Below, one piece after another: positions 53,713 to 64,000 of a stretch of 64,000 nt of DNA. The position numbers were made by a program, and so were the translations under genes. The DNA is taken from the NCBI RefSeq assembly GCF_009914755.1, contig NC_060939.1, one strand, 5' to 3'. Source of the DNA: the human T2T-CHM13v2.0 reference genome, Homo sapiens. The notes beneath the pieces are model-generated. The model made no database searches. It had not been told where the DNA came from and saw nothing but the letters and a program-made list of their open reading frames with translations. Each line of letters opens with the position of its first letter. Position 1 is the first letter of the stretch.

Positions 53713-54182
53713 ATTTTTTAAAGTGAGCCTAAAATATAAATTTGCTTTTTCAGTAGTAAATATGGCTCACCTTCAAAATCAATGATACCAAAAATAACTT
53801 TTTTTTTTTAATCCTTACTGTCATTGTCTCTATTGTCATTAAGTTCTTGGCCTTTTAGCAGCCTTTAAACTCTCCTAACTCAGAATGTAACAGAAATAAA
53901 GCACTGGAGTGGCAGCCAAAAGACATGGATCCATGTCATACTGCACAAGTTTTATAACTCTAGACTTCAGTTTCCGTCATCTTTAGAGTGTTGAATCTAG
54001 TGCCTTTTACAATACTAAAATTATAAAATTCCTTACTCAATTTATTTGTAAAACAAAATAAAAGATAGTTCTCAAAAGAAAAAACAAAAATTTCAAATAT
54101 AATTTTACTTGTTAGGGTGACTTTCAAAGTTGCTTTACAACATGAAAGCTTTTTTTATTTTCATATAATCATGTATTTCTGA

Positions 54183-55450
54183 TAGCCATTACAGTACATT
54201 GACCTCCATGGAGACAGTGCTGGGGCAAATGGCAGCCAGATGTGCACTAGGTGACTCTGTGCTTCTCTGAGGAAAAATAACTAAACTTGGTAAAAGAAGA
54301 TCCTAAGAAGCCAAGAGGCAAAAGGTCATCATATGCATTCTTTGTGCAAACTTCCAGGAGGAGAACAAGAAGCAGCACTCATGCTTCAGTTAACTTCTCG
54401 GAATTTTCTAAAAAATGCTCAGAGAGGTGGAAAGCCGTATCTGCTAAAGAGAAAGGAAAATCTGAAGACATGGCAAAGGGGGACAAGGATGGCTATTAAA
54501 GAGAAACTTACATCCCTCCTAAAGAAGAAACAAAAAAGTTTAGGGATCCCAATGTACCCAAGAGGGCTCCTTCAGTCTTTTCATTTTGCCCTGAGTACTG
54601 CCCAAAAATCTAAGGAGAATATCCAAACCTATCCATTCGTGATGTTTCAAAGAAACTGGGAAAGATGTGGATATGGTGCATATGACAAGCAGCCTTATGA
54701 AAAGGCTGTGAAGCTGAAGAAAAACTAAGAAATGGATATTGCTGCATACTGAGCTAAAGGAAGGCCTCATGCAGCAAAAAAAAAAAAAAAAAAAAAAAAG
54801 GGAGATGTCAATGCTGAAAAAAAAAGAAGAGGAAGGTGAGGAAGTTGAAAATAAGAAGGAAAAGGAGGAAGATGAAGAGGATGAGGAAGAGAAGAAAGAT
54901 GAAGATGATCATAATGAATAAGTTGGTTCTAGTGCAGTGTTTGTCCTTGTTTATAAATTATTTAGCACCCCTGTACACAACTCACTCCTTTTAAAGAAAA
55001 ACCTTTAAAGGTAAGGCTTTGTTTTTAAACTGTACAGTTAACACACTAACAGTTAACCACACTATCAAATGTGTCTCTAGATAGCCCATCCTTGACAGTC
55101 AGTTGATGAGAGAGCATAAAGAAAAAAAAATACAGATGGATGGAAGGACAGACAGACGGACAGACAGCCCATCCTGGTGGTATTTTCAATAACCACTAAC
55201 TTTGCCTGAAACAGTATGAGAGCTGTAAGCCAGCATGAAAATCTAAAGCAGGTTCTTATTGGTGCACAGCACAAATGAGTTATATATGGAGATGGTAGTT
55301 TTTCACCTTCATTTCTCTCTGATGCAGCTTATACAAAATAAGTATTACTCTTAACTGAATACCACTCTGTAATTGCCAAAAAAAAAAAAAAAAGCTGCAG
55401 CTGTTTTTTTGACACTGTAAATGCTTCTAATAACAATTTTTTATTTTAAA
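54183..55450 (+). pseudogene. HMGB1 processed pseudogene (5'UTR, disrupted CDS 54287-54921, 3'UTR)
   Basis: Intronless; [20 protein letters not shown]...[17 protein letters not shown] matches HMG box A; acidic D/E tail ending TAA 54919-54921; ATG changed to TTG, with frameshifts and stops; degenerate TSD aatcatgtatttctga (54167-54182) / aatcttatatttctga (55451-55466), 14/16 identical. Confidence 0.93.
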
Positions 55451-55693
55451 AATCTTATATTTCTGAAATAATTCATTGTATTTCATTATAGCTAAAATAT
55501 TTTATATTGATGTTTTAAGATAAATATATATGAATATACATGTATACATATACATACATATATATAACTAATCAGAAAAGAACTTGATCTAAAATTTTCA
55601 ACTGTTATCCTATTTATATAACGTTACGTAATATGAAATGCATAATATGCATAATATGAAAAGTCTAAGCATATTTTTTCCAGATTCTGCTAA

Positions 55694-56021
<328 letters not shown>

Positions 56022-56896
56022 ACTGCCTCTTTTTTTGTGATTTTTTTTTAACTTTCCAATTTAGTATCCTACATTTCTAATTAAATATTATTCTTAAAAT
56101 AACTCCCATATCTGTGGCCTTCTCAACTTTTCGGCTTCTGTGCCTGTGAGTTGTTTAGAAAAATTAATTTATACTTCCCAAGAGATTAACTCAGAAAAAA
56201 GGAAAAGACAGAGTCAACAATACCACTAAATTTTTATATTTCTTTCAAATACTATCACTGTGCTTAAATAAGTTCAGTATCTAACATCAATGCTTAGTAA
56301 AGCATACAAATTCAAAACATATAGTAGAGAGATTAACCAATACACTTGTATGCACTGTGGGAGTTCAGAAGTCAAACAATCAGAGCACTCCACATCTCAA
56401 CTTTTCCAGTTGGCTACATAGTTTGTCACAACTCAATATGCTTATGCAGATTTCCAATCTCCAGACTGGACCTAAGTATAGCCAGAATGCTTTCTAAAAC
56501 AGTTTTCCTGTTATATGTGAATGATACAAACAATGCTAGCTATTATCAATACTTACCAATTCAATTATTCTTCCCTCTTGTATTCCTTCCTTTTGTCTCT
56601 CCCTGTCACTAACAGTGACAGAAAACAACTTCAAAAACACAATATGGAACTAATTGACATTTTAAAAGTTTTAGATGCAACATCCTGACATTTCCACAAA
56701 TGAGGAAGCTTCTACATGAATGAAGAGGCCTCCATCTTGAAATGGTAAAATAAAGTTTAACAATCTTAATTTTTCAGAACAAGAAATAGGAGGTCTTCCC
56801 ATTGAAGCACAAGAGAAAGAAGAAATAAGTATAGGTATGGCTAACACACATTCTAAAGTAGGGGTGCCCTACTACTATAAGGTATAGACAAATTCA

Positions 56897-57203
<307 letters not shown>

Positions 57204-58494
57204 CTATACCCCACAAAGGAAAATAAATAATAAATTTGAAATGAAAGCAATAAACCCAAATAAATTATTCTGCAGCTCTTCATATACAATTAAAATATAT
57301 TTTTTAATTTGGAGATTAAGTATTTCTCTATAAGTATAGAATAAAAAAATTACTCAGACCTTTAGCTCTTGGATAGGTAGTACACAAAAAAGGTGTAAGG
57401 GAATTATTGCAAGCAGTCATATAGTCAGATATTCCTAAAACCTGTTCATGTTAATAACAATACTATTCTAGTTTATGGAACAATGTTTTTCTCAGTTTCT
57501 TTAAAATAAACTGTGCTAAGGGGCAGAGGACTAAGTGGTATTCTTACCTTGTCATTAACTGTTCACACTACCATGTCCTAGGAGAGAGTGTTTTTTACTA
57601 AGTACAGAATTAAATAAGTATGCATTTTAAGCTGATAACAATATATATTTATCACTATCACATCTAGAGAAATTATTAAGTATTTTCAGTGAAAACTATC
57701 CCTGTGTTCTGGTACAGTCTCAGAAGCCATTCCCCAAGGTTCTGGAGAATAGCAGTATCATTTTTCATGATGGTTCTATACATTTATGCCTTCAGTTGCA
57801 AAAACAGTATTAAGAAGAGGGTAGCCAAATTCTCATCAAAAGGTATATCCAAGGTTAGTATGCCTCCCCTACCATTTGCTTCTTTTTGGTAAGGATAACA
57901 TATACAACGATACCAAATCCAATTAAGAACATTCACAGTGATACAATAATGCAGTACTTTACTTCTGAAAATAAATTATTAGTACTTAAACCAATTATAT
58001 AAAAATAATAATACACATTAAAGGGCATCCTTTGCCATTTAGTTATAAAATAAACACTGCTAAATATATTAAGGAGAGAGTTTGGCTTAAAACAGCAATA
58101 GATGCAAATGTATGATTTTAGAGAGGCTTACAGATTTCAGAAAAGCCCCAGAAATCCTTGAAGTAAAGGCAGTGAGAATTTACAGCTTTCTTCCATGAGT
58201 GAAGCAGAAGAGCACAGGGTAAAGAACAGGAGGTCCACAATCAAGTGACATAAGTTTTCTAAGCCTCAGTTTAAGCCTTCACCTATAAAGTGGGAATAAT
58301 AGGTGTGCCAGTATCTCATAACGTTATTTTGAGAATTCAATTCAATAATGCAAGTAAAGATTTTTATACACTGTCAGGTATATATTAAGCCATAATAATT
58401 ATTCTTACTACTGCTGCTACTACTACTACTTCTAGAACCTGTCATATTCTACACAGAGAATTTAAAGAACCAATTAAAGTAATTATTAAATTTA

Positions 58495-58990
58495 GTGAGC
58501 CCTCCCATCTGTTTTTGTTTGACATGAAAACTAAGGGTAGCTTCCACATTTTTAAATGGTTAAAGAAAAAATCAAAAGAATGATATTTTATGTCATATGA
58601 AATATATATGAAATTAATATTTAAGTGTCTATGAAGTTTTATTAAAAACAGCCATGCTAGCTGGGAGCAGTGGCTTATACCTGGAGTCCCAGCTACTCAC
58701 AGAGCTGAGGTAGGAGGTTCACTTGAGCCCAGGAGGTTGAGGCTGTAGTGAGGTATGATCACACCACTGAACTCCAGACTGGGCAACAGGGCAAGGCTCT
58801 GTCTCCAAAAAAATAGATAAATAAATAATAATTTCTTTAAAAAAAGCACCCATGCTTATTTATTTATGTGTTTCTTTGGCTGTTCTCGTGCTACAATGGC
58901 AGAGCTGAGTAGCTGCAATAAAACATACAGCTCTCAAAGCCAAAAATATTTACTCTCTGTCCCTCTGCAGAGAATTTGCGAACCACGGTC
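58495..58990. mobile_element. MER58B-like element interrupted by an Alu right monomer (about 58658-58830)
   Basis: catttttaaatggttaaag...gctacaatggcagagctgagtagctg...aaaatatttactct motifs; ccatgct duplicated around the Alu. Confidence 0.7.
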
Positions 58991-61112
58991 TAGAATATAA
59001 ATATAGCAACTATTTAGAATAAAAGACTAATACATGAATGTTTTCTTGTCTTAAACCATGGTTCACTTGACAGATTTTTAGGTAGTTTTTCACAAGTAAT
59101 TGTCTAAATTTGCAAACATTAAAAACTCTGTTTAAGGGAACTCCTTCCGTACTCCCATCCTCATATCCTACAATTTCAATTACCTGAGAAGCTACAAATA
59201 AAATCACCTTAAAGATTGCTGCTTTTAAATTCTAACCCCACTACTGATATGTAATAATAAAAAGAATGTTAAAAAGTTCTCCTTACCACAAACATATATT
59301 TACTTAAACAAGTATAAAATAAAAGCTGATATCAATGATAAAGCATTTAAATGCCAAAAAGAACAAAAAATCAAGTAACATCCAGTGTCATTCATCCTCC
59401 AAGCTAACTCATCATCTTTGGGGAAAAAAAAAGATTGACACCTATTAAGATATTTGGAAATTACTGTTGGATGCAATATGCAAAAAATACAATTATATTA
59501 CAAGAAAGAAAGAAAAGTGGGAAAAAAGAATATTCTTAAACTACACACAAGTAGATAACAGAAGAAGGAAAACATGAGAGAGGCACAATAACAGAAGTCA
59601 AAACAGGCAGAACAAATACAGTAGAGGGCACTGATAGCAAGTAGAAAGCAATGGAGAAAGTATAATTACAATATGATAGAAAGGAAAAAATAATCTGGCA
59701 GATTACGCTTTTCCTCTCCTTCATTCCTCAAAAGGTTTTCTTTGATTTTGATAAAACATTCTAGAAAAATATTCCAGTATTTCATTAAGTATTTATGAAA
59801 AGCCTGCTGCACAGACAAATGATACTTGCAATATTACAGGAGCAAAAGAAACAGAAACTATACCTGAAGAACTTACATACCCTGATAGGGGAGGTAACCC
59901 TGCAAAAAAAGGTTAAATTACTAAGAAAGCTACAAAGCAAGACACAAACCAGGTAAATAATAATTTTGTCAGCAGAAAGAAACGAAAGCAAAGGAATTCA
60001 TATTCCTACTTATGAAGGAGGATGATAGCTTAGAGCTTGAAAAGAAAGGTAGAGTTTGAAATACCAGGAGTTAAAACTGGAAAAGGAATCAAATAGTGGT
60101 GAATGAAAATACAGGGAAGTAGCATTAATGAGCTTATGATTTAACAAGTAGCTAAAAATCATAAATGCATCCTACCTAGTATACATATGTTATTTTCTAT
60201 AGCAATCTAGCAGCAGAGATAACAAGCAGTTGGACAGATGAAGTACAAAAACTGTCAGAGCTGATGGAGCAAAAAGTCAAAATGGTTAATGCTTGTCAGT
60301 GTATTACTAGGGGTAAGAATAAAATCATTGACAATAAATTTCTGTCTATACAAAGGAAAACGTATGTAGGAAGAAGCTGCCAAGTTAGGAAAGCAGGCAA
60401 AAATTGAGAGACTAGTCTAATTACAGTCAAAAAATAATAAATGGGTATTCAAGAGCTATATAAATTAGAGAAATTTATTTCTGTGGTACTTCAAAGAAGC
60501 ATTCCCAATAACTGGATAACTGTGGATATACGGACAATAGAATTAAAAGGTAAAGTCTAAATACATTTTCTATTCTTAGAAAAATATCATCATATAAAGA
60601 TGGTAGAGAACAAAATCCATGATAAACGTGGACTCTTGAAGTCAAGTCATTACCTTAAGATTCTAAAAAGAAATACTCAATGGACTTAAAAATTACAAAA
60701 ATACCTAAAATATTCCTTAAACACTACACAAATATCCACACTGAAATTTATGTAAGTAGTAATGATGCTCTTCTACCTTCAATAGGTCATACACACAAAG
60801 GTATTAGCATTACACAGACTGGCTGATGTCAAAATATACGATTTCCAGTTCCGTCAGATTTGGTTGACTCACACAGTTCAAACAGAATTAGTTATGTCAT
60901 ATCAGCAAAGTAGTACTGGCAATGGACTGACAAGGAAATTGCCTCATTACATATATCTACTATTCCTTAAATAGCAATTGCTAGTAAAAACTATGTTCTA
61001 GCCTGATTAGTAACTCAGGAAAGAAAACAGCTAATGCTTCATTTGTCTCCACACAGTTTTAACTATCATATGCCTTTTGAAAAAGGCTACTTGATAAAAC
61101 TTAAGTACTTAC

Positions 61113-61271
61113 TAATATCATCTTCATGATAAATGACAGAGTGAAATGGCAGAGTTCGGTCTTTAATATATCTCTCTGCTGGCTCAACATAAAATGTGCC
61201 ACCACGAGTCTGGATGAATCCTTCAAATCTTCCATCAATAACAGACCCATGGCTAAAACTTCCTTCTTCAC
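61113..61271 (-). CDS. ADAM10: ADAM10 coding exon 4 (159 nt, prodomain)
   Basis: Translates (G)[52 protein letters not shown](N). Acceptor taatag|GT (AG 61272-61273), donor A|gtaagt. Phase joins the next exon. Confidence 0.97.
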
Positions 61272-61609
61272 CTATTAATGAAAGCAACAAATTCTTGACA
61301 ATTTAATTTGCACATGAATGTTAAATTCATTCATATATATGTATATATGTGTGTATATATATACACACATGCATACATATATACACATATATATGGTTAA
61401 ATCTTGAATATAAATTTACTATGGAAATTTTCACATAAAATATATCAAGCAGAATGTGAGATGTGAACAGCAACTAGTATTTAGTTAAAATATATACAAT
61501 TACTAATAACAGCAATGAAAAATAGAGTATCTGCCTTGTTACCAACCACATTCCTTGCACCTAGCTGAGTGCCTAGCATGTATGCAGTAGTCATCAATAA
61601 TTGTAAATT

Positions 61610-63101
<1,492 letters not shown>

Positions 63102-64000
63102 TAAATAACATGATTTTTATCTGCAATCTCATTTACGGCCTCGGACTTTTCTTGATCTCATCACCTAGCGAAAAAGGGCAGGAACTACTAAGTTATTTGC
63201 CCAGAAAGATAAATAATCAAGAAGACAATATAACACTAAAGTCTGACATTGAAAATCTACTGATGAAAAACGCTTCATTTTGGTTACAGAATTGTAAGAG
63301 TACAAAAAAGCTAAAGAATTTAATGATTAGGTTTATTCTACAAATGAGAAAGTTTAAGTATAGAAATGCCTCATTTATCTGGCACAATCGAAAAATGAGA
63401 AAAAATTCTTTAAGCATTTAATTTTTCATGTTACTATTTTCAGTAGAAATCACTCGTGTAGAAATAATCTCAAACAGTTTAACACTGTCTTAAGTGAGAA
63501 TCATCTTGAGTACTTACTAATGTACAGTTATAAAACAATGACATTTTGCCTCTCTCCAACACCCCCAGAAGATTTTCATTTTTTAAGCTTTTTTATGACT
63601 TCTATAGTTGTTCTGTTCTTTCAACACTACTAGTAGATGTAACTTTCTATTGGGTTAAGTGTGCCACTGATGCCCCCCAACATGCATTTTCAATTTGATG
63701 CAGCAAGAGAAATTTGTTAGAATTGTGAATAAAGCAAATAGATTCTGAGGAAGAAGGGCCTTGGGAGGATTTTCCTACAGATGACTCTGTCACATTATTT
63801 TTGGCTAAGATCATCTTTACTGTTTCCTTTTAGACTTTTCCTGTTTTCTTATAAAACACAGCAAAGTTACTATTAATTTCTTACTTGGAAAATCAGAAAA
63901 TTACAGAAGTCGTTAAAACTTTTGAAAACTCTAACAGTTTAGAGGTACTGAGTCAAAATTTCACCCCTTTCAGAAGCCAGATATTTCATAATTCACTATT

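Noticed and set aside
54287-54921. Functional HMGB1-like protein
   Set aside because: Start codon is TTG and the CDS is broken over several frames with stops.

Overview
Human genomic DNA: an AT-rich, Alu/L1-dense interior of the ADAM10 (alpha-secretase) gene on the minus strand. Eight coding exons (numbered 4-11 from recalled ADAM10 structure) were traced by GT-AG boundaries. They join in frame (159+101+150+93+184+164+184+151 nt) and encode the prodomain C-terminal part, the RKKR furin site, the zinc metalloprotease domain ([10 protein letters not shown]|H) and the start of the disintegrin domain. The introns hold about 25 Alus (one a consensus-like AluYb8), nested L1 layers, MST LTRs, MER5/MER58 DNA transposons, L2/MIR relics and an HMGB1 processed pseudogene on the opposite strand. 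Almost all ORFs in the track are repeat-derived or random. I see no new gene system. The most unusual structures are: a chimeric ~360 bp segment (17041-17398) built from two local templates joined in reverse order at a 6-bp microhomology, leaving direct repeats around the catalytic exon; a perfect 29-bp-arm hairpin inside an ancient L2; a duplication-flanked ~69 bp insert and an A24 expansion inside the HMGB1 retrocopy; and a tailless Alu with an intact TSD. Repeat subfamily names are from recalled consensus motifs, not a RepeatMasker run.
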